DNA of 63,453 bases, filler included, from Parasitella parasitica NRRL 2501 (Eukaryota > Fungi > Mucoromycota): assembly GCA_025201805.1 (NCBI GenBank). It is 9 parts of 9 records of this genome, joined end to end, with 100 filler letters (N's around TTAATTAATTAA, not from the genome) between each part and the next. Parts side by side here need not be neighbours in the genome. Positions count along the whole stretch, not along the records: positions 60,958 to 63,453 come from MU619371.1; 8 more parts are not named here. One strand, written 5' to 3'. Every line of letters starts with the position of its first letter. Position 1 is the stretch's first letter. The translations under genes were made by a program, and so were the position numbers. The notes under the pieces are model-generated. The model was given only the letters and a program-made list of their open reading frames with translations. It was not told the DNA's origin and did not search any database. This document shows, in pieces, positions 63,053-63,453 of this stretch.

Positions 63053-63453
63053 ATGTATGATCCCAAAAACACGATTCCCCAATTCCATCCTTCCGGAAAT
63101 GCTGAAATGGATTTAAGAATGAGAGCATCTCAACAACGAATCCATCAAGCAAGACGAGATCATAGACCCAAGAATACCGCAAACACTTATGAGGGTATGC
63201 AACAAGAATTTCTAGCTTTTTGTGATCGAAATTTTGGGTTAGAAGATCCCACAAGGCATACTGTTACTGGATCCAAGGTTGCGTTTTACATCGAAAAAGA
63301 GGTATTAACAAAACTATAAGCATTTGTTTAATGTCTAATGGTTTTCTTTCACCACAGCTTTCTCAACGCAAGAAATTAAGACTTAAGCATGGCGAAGATC
63401 CCAATGCAACTCTCAGTGCAAATACAATTGAGATCCATCTTGCAGCAATTGTC
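63053..63453 (+). CDS. Crypton/Ndc10-like tyrosine-recombinase family protein, N-terminal part; intron 63302-63357
   Basis: RPKNTANTYEGMQQEFLAFC...VTGSKVAFYIEKE/...LSANTIEIHLAAIV matches the core-binding domain pattern of fungal Cryptons; catalytic domain lies outside the window. Confidence 0.7.

Overview
Fungal genomic DNA, most consistent with Mucorales (AT-rich, short 50-70 bp GT-AG introns, an r3b2-like atypical RNase III, Mucorales-type transposons). The window is not one contig: eight 100-bp spacers (44 N + TTAATTAATTAA + 44 N) join nine unrelated contigs, so adjacency across them is meaningless. The part from 1 to about 42 kb is gene-rich: adenosine kinase, a Boi-like SH3-SAM-PH-CH protein, CMC4, an F-box/WD40 protein, CaMK, NFU1, prefoldin 4, a P450, CDK10, a forkhead factor, a SulP/VSB1-like transporter, R3B2, MIX14 and SDHAF1. 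The part beyond about 42.5 kb is almost all transposons: LINEs, Ty3/Gypsy including a chromovirus, solo LTRs with TSDs, and a Crypton-like start. The best candidate for an undescribed system is a 2.07-kb TA-flanked element (12233-14304) with ~327-bp terminal inverted repeats. It has no recognisable DDE transposase but carries a spliced gene with a serine-recombinase-like motif (IIGYARKS), plus a convergent short paralogue of that gene's N-terminus. The second notable item is an intronic box C/D snoRNA candidate in the adenosine kinase intron with an 18S rRNA guide. All calls come from reading the sequence; no database searches were run, and exon boundaries are manual.
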